Notes: a model not told the origin generated them from the sequence alone. Positions 32,062-42,094 are shown, counted from the stretch's first letter. The stretch: DNA of 64,000 nt from Desulfomonilia bacterium (GCA_050014195.1 JBEKDT010000019.1:1-64000); one strand, 5' to 3'. Made by a program: numbers and translations.

Positions 32062-32233
32062 AACCGGCTTTGGGAAGAGGCACCGTGAGGGCTCGCTGCT
32101 TCGGTGGAGAACCCCGAATGCCGGATTGATTCGATTGGGCAAAGCTGGTCTGTTCTCTCCGGCGCAGGTGATGCCGACCTTTGGATATGGAAATAATAAT
32201 TGCGGCTCAATTACTATTGTATATCAGATAAGA

Positions 32234-33026
32234 AGATCATCAGTTTCTAGGCATTTCAAAACTAGAAAGTTATCGCAGTTATCAACGGCTTAGCCAATAT
32301 GAATAGTCTGATCAGAAAACTATACCGGGATGGAGATCAATGGTTTTTTTCCATAAAGGCCTTAAGAGAAAGGGCGGCTTTATGACACATATTTCCAAAA
32401 AACCATCTTCCGATTGGCCCTAACAATTTGCTAAGTAGCCTGGGTTCGTAAGCTACGATATAGGTAAATTTAGTTTTTCCTTGGCCTAACGGTTCCAGCC
32501 GGTAATCTTCGCAGAGAGCATTTACAATAGGACGATTGATTGCAGTTAAAAAAAAGGTGAATCGCTTTCCGGGATCCCAAGCAATAAATTGTTCATACAC
32601 TGTCATGGGTTTGAGGGTTACTGTTCTAGTAGTACCCACACCAAACGGTTTAGGACTTGTCCATTCTACTTTGATGATATCTTTGAACCACTTAGGCCAG
32701 GCTTCTCCATCTTCAAAAACTTTAAACACCTGCTCTGGAGAAGCATTGATTTCCACCTCATTTACAAATCGGAGAGGTGCCGATTCCAAAAAACTTAAGT
32801 CAACTGAACGACAATTGAATTTCATACCATCCTCCTATTTCAGTATATTATGAATATAATATTAATAGAATATTAAAAAGCAAGATAATGGGGGATTTTT
32901 TAAAGAGTGTTGATACTGGGTGCCATTTGATACACACAGATATGGACTGCTTTAATGCATAGGTTTCAAACACAGATCTTCAGTATTCAGGCATCTCAAA
33001 ACCGTGATGAAATCGCAGTTATCAAC
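32234..33026. repeat. 53-bp imperfect direct repeat pair (32234-32286, 32974-33026)
   Basis: ungapped alignment 41/53 identical by hand count, ending in identical ATCGCAGTTATCAAC. Confidence 0.8.
32337..32825 (-). CDS. SRPBCC (polyketide cyclase/START-like) family protein
   Basis: EINASPEQVF...WPKW...PFGVGTTR...WDPGKRF. Confidence 0.85.
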   Translation of the reverse strand: MKFNCRSVDLSFLESAPLRFVNEVEINASPEQVFKVFEDGEAWPKWFKDIIKVEWTSPKPFGVGTTRTVTLKPMTVYEQFIAWDPGKRFTFFLTAINRPIVNALCEDYRLEPLGQGKTKFTYIVAYEPRLLSKLLGPIGRWFFGNMCHKAALSLKAFMEKNH

Positions 33027-33028
33027 AC

Positions 33029-34759
33029 TCACAAAATCTTTACGCCTTTGAAAGTAAATTCTGGACTTATAGTCATAGCATCAACCATCTGGAGTTTACC
33101 TTCTTTTATCCGGTAGATTCCGAGGATGTAACATGATGAATTCCGCCATCCGAAATAGGCATTCCCTAATTTAACAATAAAACATTCCTTTCCGTTTGAT
33201 AAGGGAAAGTACTCAGATCCGTGGGACTCAAGAAAATCAAACTCGTTATAAGATGAATGGAATGATTTACTATTAATAAACCTAAGCTGTTCATTGTAAT
33301 CCTTGTCCACATCAATGTAAGATGTTTTATCAGGTTGCTGTTGATTTATTTTTAAAATGAGCATGCGGTAATACTTGGAGCCATTTGATTCAAATGCCAA
33401 GTGGCAAACAATCTCTTTTATGCCCTTGTTCTCAATATCCAGATACTGGTATTGACTTTCTTTCTGAAGGAAATTTTCTTTATAATCTCTCTTTACAATA
33501 GCCACTACTATATTCTCAACTTTCTCTGCAGGATAAGTCCATTCGGGGTTATTCATGAGAGATGTTGCTATGGGTGAAAAACCTGCCGAAAAATTCCTTG
33601 CAAGGGCATTTGCCTTTTCTTCAAGCACTTTAAATGACGGGTCATATTGATTGACGAGATTACCATGAAATTGTGTAGAATATGTGACTTCTATTTTGCC
33701 AAGACCACTTCTGCCCTTTACATTCTTAAGGCTGAACAGTTCGATGATGGTCTTTGGTTGATCATTTGCTGCATTATTGAGGAAATTATCTACAACAGCG
33801 ATATATGTGCGTCTATCTATATGTACAAAACCGAGTGATGTAGCCCAGCAGATACCCCCTTCATCTTCATACTGATCTATAAAAGGGCCTTCTATTTTAA
33901 CCAGTGATTTGTCACTATTCACATGGAAGAATTGAAAACGGTCGCAGTGCATTGTTCCTGCAGTATTATCAAGGATAATATCTTTGATGCCATCCTGCTC
34001 GACATCTTCGAGATAAAGGTCGGTCCTGGTTGAAGTGTTATTTAAGGTTGCTTCTATATCTGATACTTGCTCTTGGGTGGGTTTGTAATTCTTGCTGATG
34101 TAATCTAATATCGATTCTTTATTTCCATCACCTAAATTGTTCTTAATACTATCCTCAGTAAATCCTAATGAAGATACAATCAATCTCCCTGGCTCAAATG
34201 GAGTTGTTCTGATACGCTCTGCAAGCTTTTTGCGAACCTCCAAACACTCTTGCGTATCCCAATTTTTATACAATACAACACGGTCTTCATAGAATTTTTT
34301 CAGACGGGATTTCTGATAGGTTTTAATATCTATATGTTTTATTTGTGCCTTACCAGGGTTCTTCGCTGCACGCTTTTGCATTCTCAACTCTTTCCATTCT
34401 GCAAATCTTTGCCATTCTTCCCATCTTGCATCTCTTTGCCTTAGCCATTCACCCTGAGATGCAATGAATTCCTCCCTTTGATTTTGAGTCATTCCTTTTT
34501 GGGCTAATTCAAAGAGCCTATTCATCTCTGAATCTACTTCAACAAGTTCAGGGTCGGAACAGATGGCATTGTCGACAGGTGTCGTGGCCTTTTGGCAATT
34601 TAAACCGGAGACTGCAGTCGTTTCCGTTGTACTTCCTTTGGATATTAGAAATGCAAGAGAGAAGATAGAAATCATGAAGGCAAAGAAGACAATTTGAGTA
34701 TAAAATTTCAGTTTATCGATTTTGACCTTCTGCAACAAGTGCGTCCCCCTCTCAATCAA
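33029..34759 (-). CDS. LprI (DUF1311) lysozyme-inhibitor domain protein
   Basis: NCQKA.T.VDNAICSDPEL...SQ.EWL.QRD; N-terminal TM; start codon uncertain. Confidence 0.75.
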   Translation of the reverse strand: MIERGTHLLQKVKIDKLKFYTQIVFFAFMISIFSLAFLISKGSTTETTAVSGLNCQKATTPVDNAICSDPELVEVDSEMNRLFELAQKGMTQNQREEFIASQGEWLRQRDARWEEWQRFAEWKELRMQKRAAKNPGKAQIKHIDIKTYQKSRLKKFYEDRVVLYKNWDTQECLEVRKKLAERIRTTPFEPGRLIVSSLGFTEDSIKNNLGDGNKESILDYISKNYKPTQEQVSDIEATLNNTSTRTDLYLEDVEQDGIKDIILDNTAGTMHCDRFQFFHVNSDKSLVKIEGPFIDQYEDEGGICWATSLGFVHIDRRTYIAVVDNFLNNAANDQPKTIIELFSLKNVKGRSGLGKIEVTYSTQFHGNLVNQYDPSFKVLEEKANALARNFSAGFSPIATSLMNNPEWTYPAEKVENIVVAIVKRDYKENFLQKESQYQYLDIENKGIKEIVCHLAFESNGSKYYRMLILKINQQQPDKTSYIDVDKDYNEQLRFINSKSFHSSYNEFDFLESHGSEYFPLSNGKECFIVKLGNAYFGWRNSSCYILGIYRIKEGKLQMVDAMTISPEFTFKGVKIL

Positions 34760-34965
34760 AAAAGATATGATACATAATTACCATATTTAGTTAAAACAAT
34801 GCATCCAGCTTTTGTTGTCCGTGTAAGTCTTGATATAGACCCACTTATGAATATACCACCGTAACTTTTATTGACCACTGACTGTTGATAACGTGCCATG
34901 AGTTACGTTTTGCCCATACTGAATATCTCTTTTGATAATCTCTCCCTCCTCAACTCAGTGTGAAT

Positions 34966-34985
34966 GGGGGCAAAACGGGGGCAAA
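34966..34985. repeat. GGGGGCAAA direct repeat pair (putative arm-type sites of an older island)
   Basis: 34966-34974 and 34977-34985, 11-bp period, near the tRNA 3' fragment at 35042. Confidence 0.55.
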
Positions 34986-35041
34986 TCTGAGAACAAAAGA
35001 AAAAGGCTAACAAGTTAGTATCTGTAAGCCAATGTTATTAT

Positions 35042-35190
35042 TGGCTCCCCGGGTAGGACTCGGTCACTACGGTCGAGACATCGTGTCTCTCCCTGCGTGA
35101 CCTCCCCTCGGGTTCCTGCCGCGGCACATCCTGTGCCGCTCTTTCTCCCTATCCGGTCGGCGGAACCCTCGCTTCGAGTCCTACTGGGAA
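35042..35190 (-). ncRNA. tRNA-linked structured repeat (RtT-like) ending in the tRNA-Asn 3' 21 nt
   Basis: GTAGGACTCG/CGAGTCCTAC closing stem, two nested hairpins, 3' end GGGGAGCCA. Confidence 0.55.
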
Positions 35191-35202
35191 AACCATAAAA
35201 AT

Positions 35203-35232
35203 AAAGGCCCTTGTTTGCACAAGGGCCTTTTT
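35203..35232 (-). terminator. intrinsic terminator downstream of attR tRNA fragment
   Basis: AAAGGCCCTTGT/ACAAGGGCCTTT stem with A/T tracts on both sides. Confidence 0.75.
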
Positions 35233-35239
35233 AATCTTA

Positions 35240-35284
35240 TGGCTCCCCGGGTAGGACTCGAACCTACAACCTAGTGGTTAACAG
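35240..35284 (-). repeat. att site: duplicated 3' 45 nt of tRNA-Asn
   Basis: TGGCTCCCCGGGTAGGACTCGAACCTACAACCTAGTGGTTAACAG identical to 42095-42139. Confidence 0.95.
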
Positions 35285-35452
35285 TCACTTTAATTGACTA
35301 TCACTTAGAATCACAAAAAAGCACATAGATATTGACAAACAGACCATTTGAGCGTATATGTATATCACATTCGATCATTTTTGAAACCATATTTCCACCG
35401 ATAAAATGGGGAGAGGATGGGGAGAGAATAATATTATTAAGGAGAGTTCGTG

Positions 35453-36673
35453 ATGCCCGTGAAATGGATTCAAACAAATTATCCTGGTGTCCGTTATTAC
35501 GAACACAAATCAAGAAAACATGGATTGAAGCCAGATCGATATTATGCGATTCGATATCAGAAAGATGGCAAAAGAAAAGAAGAGGGTCTAGGGTGGGGTA
35601 GTGACGGATGGACTGCTCAAAAGGCTTTATTCGAACTAGCAGAGCTGAAAGAGGCATATGTAACTGGCAATGGTCCAAGCAGACTCTCAGATAGAAGAAA
35701 ACTTGTTCAAGAGGAGAAAGAAATTAAGGATGAAGCCGAAAAGAAAACCGCGCTTGAACGGATAACATTTGGAGAGTTTTTCAAGACGACGTACTATCCA
35801 ACTGCTCAAACAAGCAAAAAGATAACGAGCTATGAGAAAGAGGACACATTATATAGGATCTGGATCGAACCGATCATCGGAGAGAAACCCTTTAAACAGA
35901 TTACCCAGATTGATATCGAGCGAATAAAGAAAAGACTTCTAGATAAAGATAGAGCCCCAAAGACCATAGAGTATGTTTTTGCAGTTATCAGGCAAGTATG
36001 GAATATGGCTCGGCGAGAGGGTCATATTGATGTTGACTCACCTACTAAGATAGTCAGGAAACCAAAGAGGGATAATCGACGATTGAGGTTTCTAAGCAGA
36101 GAAGAAGCATATGATTTACTTGACCATATAAAGACTAGAACTCCCCAACTGTATAATATATCTCTTCTCTCATTACATACAGGAATGCGCGCAGGAGAGA
36201 TATTTCCGCTAACTTGGGGAGATATTGATTTAAATCGAAAGATAATAACTATACGAGATCCTAAGAATACTCAGAATAGAGCTGCATACATGACATCTGA
36301 AGTTGAAAAAATGTTTATAGGTATGGAACGTAAGGGACATGATGATCTTGTTTTTCAAGACAAGCGACATGGTAACAGAATCAAAGAAGTATCCCATGTG
36401 TTCCGTTTGATAATAGATGAACTTGGTTTAAATAAAGATGTGACTGATCCACGCCAGAAAGTTGTATTCCATACTCTAAGACATACCTTTGCTTCGTGGT
36501 TAGTAGAAGGTGGGACTGATCTATATATTGTCAAGGAACTCATGGGTCATAGCACACTGAGAATGACAGAACGATATTCGCATGTTGGGCAAAATGCCTT
36601 GCAAAGTGCGGTTAAAAATCTTGATATGAGTTTAAGCAAACATTCTAAAGCTTATCTCAAGAAGGAGGTTTAA
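35453..36673 (+). CDS. tyrosine recombinase/integrase
   Basis: TGMRAGEI, PKN, FHTLRHTFAS, LMGHS...TERYSH catalytic residues; N-terminal arm-binding-like region. Confidence 0.95.
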   Translation: MPVKWIQTNYPGVRYYEHKSRKHGLKPDRYYAIRYQKDGKRKEEGLGWGSDGWTAQKALFELAELKEAYVTGNGPSRLSDRRKLVQEEKEIKDEAEKKTALERITFGEFFKTTYYPTAQTSKKITSYEKEDTLYRIWIEPIIGEKPFKQITQIDIERIKKRLLDKDRAPKTIEYVFAVIRQVWNMARREGHIDVDSPTKIVRKPKRDNRRLRFLSREEAYDLLDHIKTRTPQLYNISLLSLHTGMRAGEIFPLTWGDIDLNRKIITIRDPKNTQNRAAYMTSEVEKMFIGMERKGHDDLVFQDKRHGNRIKEVSHVFRLIIDELGLNKDVTDPRQKVVFHTLRHTFASWLVEGGTDLYIVKELMGHSTLRMTERYSHVGQNALQSAVKNLDMSLSKHSKAYLKKEV

Positions 36674-36979
36674 CAAGACGAACCTGAATTGATATCCATG
36701 CTACAAAGTCATAAAAGCACCTGGCGCTCTATATTCTTTACTGATGAACACTTCTCATATAATACTATATTGTTAAATATAATTGTACCCCACCATGAAA
36801 TGATTCATCAACCAAGAGAAGAGCGGTCTGGAATCTAACGCAGTTTTATCATTCACCATGTAATTGATAGTATATATTATTTTATGGATGCTATGTGATT
36901 GCATTACATATTGTAGCAACAAGCATTTACTGAACTAGGGGGTCGATGACCAAAAAGAAGCTGACTTGGAGGTTACAAA

Positions 36980-37255
36980 ATGAAAAGAATAGCGATAATT
37001 CTATTGACACTCTTAATCTTCGGCTGTGTCTCTTACCCGAATCTTCCTATCCACAAAGGAATGACAAGAGATGAAGTCCGAGCTAACTTTGGTCCCACAT
37101 ACTGCATATATACATCCACGATAGGGGACTACCACACAGAAATCTGGACTTATACCAAGCAATATGGTGAGTTAATGTGGGATGCACCGCCTTGCTCTGG
37201 TGTTTATAAAATAATCTTTAAAGATGACGTAGTTTATGGTTGGGAAAATTTCTAG
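36980..37255 (+). CDS. small lipoprotein (SmpA/BamE-like fold possible)
   Basis: LIFGC lipobox; GMTRDEV...GP...W.Y motif. Confidence 0.7.
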   Translation: MKRIAIILLTLLIFGCVSYPNLPIHKGMTRDEVRANFGPTYCIYTSTIGDYHTEIWTYTKQYGELMWDAPPCSGVYKIIFKDDVVYGWENF

Positions 37256-37753
37256 GAGGACTCATGAACATCGGAGATTGTATCAAATGTAAAAAAAATT
37301 TCTTATGACCGGAGGTTCCCTGCAAGGCAAAAAGACCTTCACTCTCGGCAAGACTTACGATCATTGAGAAGCTTTGGATTTAAAAAAGTCATTACTTTTC
37401 CGATTTTGTTTAACAATATATTAACACGTAGAATGGCTCCCTGCCGCGCACCATGCCCATGTTTAACAAAGTCCTGTAGTAAATGACCCCCATCCCTCTC
37501 CGCATGTTTTTTACTTACCATCCCCGTTAGGTCAACTACAATTCAACATATTGCTAGATATGCCTTCTCCTTACAGTTTTCGTTTATTCAGTTACATGGC
37601 ATGCTCTGCTCCCTAGTAAGTTGAACGAAGAAATTAAGTATCTTTTGAGAATTATAGATACCAAACTATATTTTATTTCAATGATTTAAATTGACATCAA
37701 CCCCCCGCTTAAGGTAATTTAAAAAAAATTAAAAAATGAAAGGAGCCCTCTAT

Positions 37754-37993
37754 ATGAGGAGACCAACACCGCCTCAGTCAGAGATAGAATACATTCAAGT
37801 AAAAAAAGCATTCTGCTACTTAAGGGACATTGCCGAAGTGTCTCTGGACGTAATTGGGAAGCACTGTAACCGTCATCCAGGATCTATCTTGCAATATAGA
37901 AGTAGAACCCGAATAACCCCACCAGCTATCCGATTGAAGTTGATCGAGTTGGCGAAAAATCATGGATATGACCCAACAAAAATGATCGAGTAA
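37754..37993 (+). CDS. small putative HTH regulator
   Basis: AAGGAG RBS, TTGACA upstream; SLDVIGKHC...SILQY helix-turn-helix-like pattern. Confidence 0.5.
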   Translation: MRRPTPPQSEIEYIQVKKAFCYLRDIAEVSLDVIGKHCNRHPGSILQYRSRTRITPPAIRLKLIELAKNHGYDPTKMIE

Positions 37994-38035
37994 CTTTCAC
38001 AAAAGTAGCAACCCAAATTGATGAAGGAGTAATTT

Positions 38036-38314
38036 ATGAAACAAGGAAGACAACTGCGTCAAAAACCAGATCTATCTGCGATGAAGAGAAACTGGGAAGC
38101 ACCATATGTAGTTAGAAGACAGAAGGAGCTAGACAAATTTTCGGGTGGTATTCTCAATGCAAGGACACTTGCTAACCTCGATTCTAAAGGTTTGGGACCA
38201 AAGGGAAGAGTAAAGATAGGCAAGAAAGTAGCTTATCCTACTCTAAGTTTGGTTGCATGGATGGAAGAGAGAGGAGAAGCATGTGGCACCGATGTATATT
38301 TCAGGCAGATATAA
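38036..38314 (+). CDS. excisionase/AlpA-like DNA-binding protein
   Basis: RTLANLDSKGLGP..RVKIGKKVAYP...LVAWME pattern of winged-helix recombination directionality factors. Confidence 0.7.
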   Translation: MKQGRQLRQKPDLSAMKRNWEAPYVVRRQKELDKFSGGILNARTLANLDSKGLGPKGRVKIGKKVAYPTLSLVAWMEERGEACGTDVYFRQI

Positions 38315-39350
38315 TGAATATAAAGTCATTTCTTTAGATAAACTCCTTGAAAAGGATTTGAAGAGTGAGCCTATCATTGAAGGGGTGCTAGATAGGCGTG
38401 AAAGTCTTGAGATATGCGGAAAAGGGGGTGTAGGAAAATCAGTCCTTAGTCTCAATATTGGTCTTTACTTAGCGTGCCCCCATATATGCAGCTCTCTTTT
38501 ATCTAATGAAGGACCACCATATTCTCTATTTGGTTTATGGTCTATACCAAAGTCGGTAAAGACCTTGTTTATTCAATCTGAAAACTCTTCACGAGCAACA
38601 ATAGCTAGAGCGGAAAAGATCTTCTCAGGAAACCCTAAATTCAGAGAAGGTGCAGATAAGATATTCATGCCCATAGACAATAATGATGAAATAATCATCA
38701 GTGGGCCGCTTACAGATTCACAGTTCCAAGATGCAGTAATGAATTTAATAACATCCTGTTCTATAGATGTAGTTATTATTGATCCTCTGATTTCCTTTCA
38801 TGATAAGGATGAGAATGACAATGCAAGGATGAGAGAAAGCTTAAATTGCCTTACAGAAATAATGACAAAAACAAGAGTGGCGACAATCATCATACATCAT
38901 GTTGGCAAAAATAACACAAACAATGAGGGCCGTGGCGCATCTTCAATCGGAGATTGGGCACACAATATAATGCTTGTTGATAATATTTATGTCCATAAAG
39001 GAGAGACGGGCATAGCACCAGCTTTACGAGTTACGCATACTAAGTCAAGAAATCATGAACTAACACCTGAATTCGCACTCATTAGAGATGAAAACCTTAT
39101 TTATAGGAGGTGTTCATCAGGTGAGAAAGAAGAATCTCATGAAAAAGAACTCAAAGGAGTTGTGGCTGCCTTACAAGCTTTGGGGGGTAAGACAGATACA
39201 CAGGCCGAGTTAGTAGAATCTGTCGTGAAGATAGTAGGATGTAAGACATCTAAGGCTAAGGAATTAATAACAGGAGCATCCGTGAAAAAGTTAATCATGC
39301 CGGTGCAAGGGGGGAAGACTATTGGATATCGACTATCCGAAAATGTATGA
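38292..39350 (+). CDS. AAA_25 / RepA-like SF4 helicase ATPase
   Basis: Walker A GKGGVGKS, Walker B VVIIDPL, DENDN, IIIHH.GK, RGASS; start uncertain. Confidence 0.85.
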   Translation: MYISGRYNEYKVISLDKLLEKDLKSEPIIEGVLDRRESLEICGKGGVGKSVLSLNIGLYLACPHICSSLLSNEGPPYSLFGLWSIPKSVKTLFIQSENSSRATIARAEKIFSGNPKFREGADKIFMPIDNNDEIIISGPLTDSQFQDAVMNLITSCSIDVVIIDPLISFHDKDENDNARMRESLNCLTEIMTKTRVATIIIHHVGKNNTNNEGRGASSIGDWAHNIMLVDNIYVHKGETGIAPALRVTHTKSRNHELTPEFALIRDENLIYRRCSSGEKEESHEKELKGVVAALQALGGKTDTQAELVESVVKIVGCKTSKAKELITGASVKKLIMPVQGGKTIGYRLSENV

Positions 39351-39351
39351 T

Positions 39352-39558
39352 TGGCCACACGGCCACAATGGCCATAAAGATTATGTGGCCATACATAATT
39401 ATTTAATATCATGGGCGATATTAACTAATTTTGTAAAGCCACGAGGCCTTTTGCCAAAACCCCCCGTGGCCAAGCATAACCCATTGATATTAAAGGAAAG
39501 CCACAATGTCACATGGCCACTATAAAGGATATTGTCGTGGCCAAAGAAATTGGCCCAC
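39352..39558. repeat. clustered (G)TGGCCA(C) iterons, putative replication origin
   Basis: TGGCCA/GGCCAC/AGCCAC copies in both orientations within ~210 bp of AT-rich DNA after the helicase stop. Confidence 0.65.
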
Positions 39559-39622
39559 GAAATACCTGTAAACTTTATAGCCGAATTTTTTGCAACCAAA
39601 GAGATAATTGGGAGATATTAAG

Positions 39623-40030
39623 ATGAAAGACCTTGAAACGAAAAAGAAATTTGTAGAGCTAAGAGCTTCCGGCCACAGCTATGCAAAGATCTCTACTGAG
39701 TTGAAGGTTTCAAAGCCCACCCTCATCAAATGGGGGAAGCAGCTTGAAAAAGACATAGCCGAGTTGAAGGATGCCATGATGCAAGATATCCACCTTCAAT
39801 TTCAAATTTCAAAAGAGGCACGCAAACAGGTATTGTCCTGGCAACTCTTCCTCATACTTGACGCGCTGCGTTCACGAGATTTGACCAACGTGAAAACAGA
39901 GAAGCTCATGGATCAGCTAGTGAAGACCACCAACGCCCTTGACCGGATCGAAACAAAAGAAGGCCCCCCTGATCCCTTTGAGGAAATGTTAAAGGATGCA
40001 AAGGCTATAGCTCAACAAAGAAAGGGTTAG
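39623..40030 (+). CDS. HTH protein (possibly terminase small-subunit-like)
   Basis: FVELRASGHSYAKISTELKVSKPTLIKW HTH followed by helical/coiled region. Confidence 0.65.
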   Translation: MKDLETKKKFVELRASGHSYAKISTELKVSKPTLIKWGKQLEKDIAELKDAMMQDIHLQFQISKEARKQVLSWQLFLILDALRSRDLTNVKTEKLMDQLVKTTNALDRIETKEGPPDPFEEMLKDAKAIAQQRKG

Positions 40031-40119
40031 AAAGCAGTGAATATAGGCACATCCTGAGACATGTGTTGGCGGTATTAATTATAGAAAACGGACAAGTTAA
40101 AGTAAATAAAGGAGTAATC

Positions 40120-40476
40120 ATGAAATACACAAAAGAAGATATAAAAAAATATGCAGTGCAGTATATTGAATCAGATGATCTAACAAGAGAATGGATTGAG
40201 AGCTTAAACTTTGATGATGATTCACTCAGAGTTTTTAAATGGGAAGCAGAAAATATTAGAGGGCAAAAGTGTTACGATTATTTGACAGATGTTTATCAAC
40301 CAGAAGGAAAACTTATAGAAATAGCCTTCTCAATAAGACAAGAAGTTTGGATGGAGATTGATAATTATAAACAATTATCAAAAGATCTTAGAAAGTTTTT
40401 TAGGAATCATCATAAGAAGGATCATCCAGTGCTTTCTAATCTGTTAAATAAAGATTGTCTTAAGAAATTAATTTAG
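40120..40476 (+). CDS. hypothetical protein
   Basis: AAGGAG RBS before ATG; no recognised motif. Confidence 0.55.
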   Translation: MKYTKEDIKKYAVQYIESDDLTREWIESLNFDDDSLRVFKWEAENIRGQKCYDYLTDVYQPEGKLIEIAFSIRQEVWMEIDNYKQLSKDLRKFFRNHHKKDHPVLSNLLNKDCLKKLI

Positions 40477-40792
40477 TTAGTTGTAATAACCAAGATCCGA
40501 TCATACATAGCAGATTATGTAGCTAAGATTCCTTCGTGTGCTCTTAGAGATCTTTTCACAAAACCTTTAGTCTAGGCTAAGCGTTGGCTATGGTACGAAA
40601 TCAACATATAGGGCATCTTATTTCAAACGCCACAGTTTGTCCAAGATCTTCACTATTTACCAACTCGATATCACCTCAAGTTATATTAAGACATTTCATT
40701 TTGATCTTTACAAAGGTTAATAATTACCTTAATATATAATGCTTAAATTTAATATTATACATCTGGATATATCATCTTCTGGGGGTTTATCT

Positions 40793-41749
40793 ATGAGTAC
40801 AAGGGGCATCCTTAAGATCATAGGCTCAATTGCGTCTCTTTCCATGATCATGCTCTTAGTCAGCTGTGGTGGAGGTGGAGGAAACAATTCCACCAGCAAC
40901 GCTGAGAATCAAGCGGCTGTTGAAGTTTCAGGGCGGATACTTGATAGCAGCAGCATTCCAGTTGAAGGAGCAACTGTTACCTTTGCCAGTGTTCCTGTTG
41001 TTGTGACGACCGACAATTTGGGTAATTTTTCAGCCAAAGTTGCCCCTGGTGATCACACTATAACGGTCTCGAAGGACAACATAACGTTCTATCAGCAAGT
41101 ATATACTGTCAATGAAGGACCGCCAATTTCTCTTGGTGACCTTTCACCAACAACTCCTTATTATCAAAATGGCGATGGCAGCAGCCCCAAGATTAACAAT
41201 CTACAGATAGACTTTTCGACCAGTGACTGCATCATCACATGGCAAGTTTCCTCAATCTATGCTGTTGATTATTTTACTCTAACAATTCAGGACTCTTCCT
41301 CTTTACCTGTAATCCATACCGAATCTCATCTCACAGGTTCTTCATTCACTTACACTTTCGTCATGAATGATGCTGACCATATTCATCAGGCTTCTCGTAA
41401 TCTTTACATCGTCCTAACAGCCTATTCTTCCTCTGGACAAACTGTCTCTGAATCTGTCACTGCTTACAATCCTCCTCCTTCTCAAGTTCAACTTCCTACT
41501 ATCACTGCTCTCATTTCTGGCTTAGAAATTCAATGGCCTATGGTTTCAGGGGATACCGTTTACTACGAGGTAGGTGTTTCTCCTACAGATCCTGAATCTG
41601 GTACTCTCTATCTTGTAACTAACAATGACATCACCATAGGAAACCTCCCATCAGTCTTAGAATATGTTGCCGTCCGAGCCTGCGATGCCTTCGGTCCTGG
41701 TCCTTGGTCTCCTTTTTCTTCCGACACACCCATTTCTCTCATCCTTTGA
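40793..41749 (+). CDS. lipoprotein with carboxypeptidase-regulatory-like domain and FN3-like C-terminus
   Basis: LVSCGGGGG lipobox; VSGRILD....PVEGATV...TD..GNF; C-terminal VAVRACDAFGPGPWS. Confidence 0.75.
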   Translation: MSTRGILKIIGSIASLSMIMLLVSCGGGGGNNSTSNAENQAAVEVSGRILDSSSIPVEGATVTFASVPVVVTTDNLGNFSAKVAPGDHTITVSKDNITFYQQVYTVNEGPPISLGDLSPTTPYYQNGDGSSPKINNLQIDFSTSDCIITWQVSSIYAVDYFTLTIQDSSSLPVIHTESHLTGSSFTYTFVMNDADHIHQASRNLYIVLTAYSSSGQTVSESVTAYNPPPSQVQLPTITALISGLEIQWPMVSGDTVYYEVGVSPTDPESGTLYLVTNNDITIGNLPSVLEYVAVRACDAFGPGPWSPFSSDTPISLIL

Positions 41750-42094
41750 AACTATCCATTGGACCTTGTAGCACATTACTTTAGCTTTCATTAGATCCAC
41801 AAAAGGATAAAGATCATACCATTATCGCTACTCATAGACATGGGTTGAATAGTAGAGATCCCAATATAATGAAAATTGATATTCTTTGCGCGCGAGGGTA
41901 GCTCCCCTAAAAAAGGGGTGGGGGGGGGGTCGTGTTTTAAATCAGATCATTCCAACATTGACAATTCAGTCACATACTAACATTGACTATTCAGTCAGCA
42001 TCATAAAGGTTAAAATGTGGGGAGAGAGTGGGGAGAAAATAGAGATAAACTAAAAAGGGCTTACAGGTGATAACCCGTAAACCCTCTTGATATC

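Noticed and set aside
32062-32185. attC-like remnant after the flavoprotein gene (…CGGCGCAGGTGATGCCGAC…)
   Set aside because: No intact RYYYAAC/GTTRRRY boxes; too degenerate to support
35240-35284. Second tRNA-Asn gene
   Set aside because: Only the 3' 45 nt are present; D-arm and 5' acceptor strand are missing, so it is an att site
37264-37367. Possible frameshifted small gene with strong RBS (MNIGDCIKCKK…)
   Set aside because: Stops after 14 codons just past an A-run and no homology is recognisable
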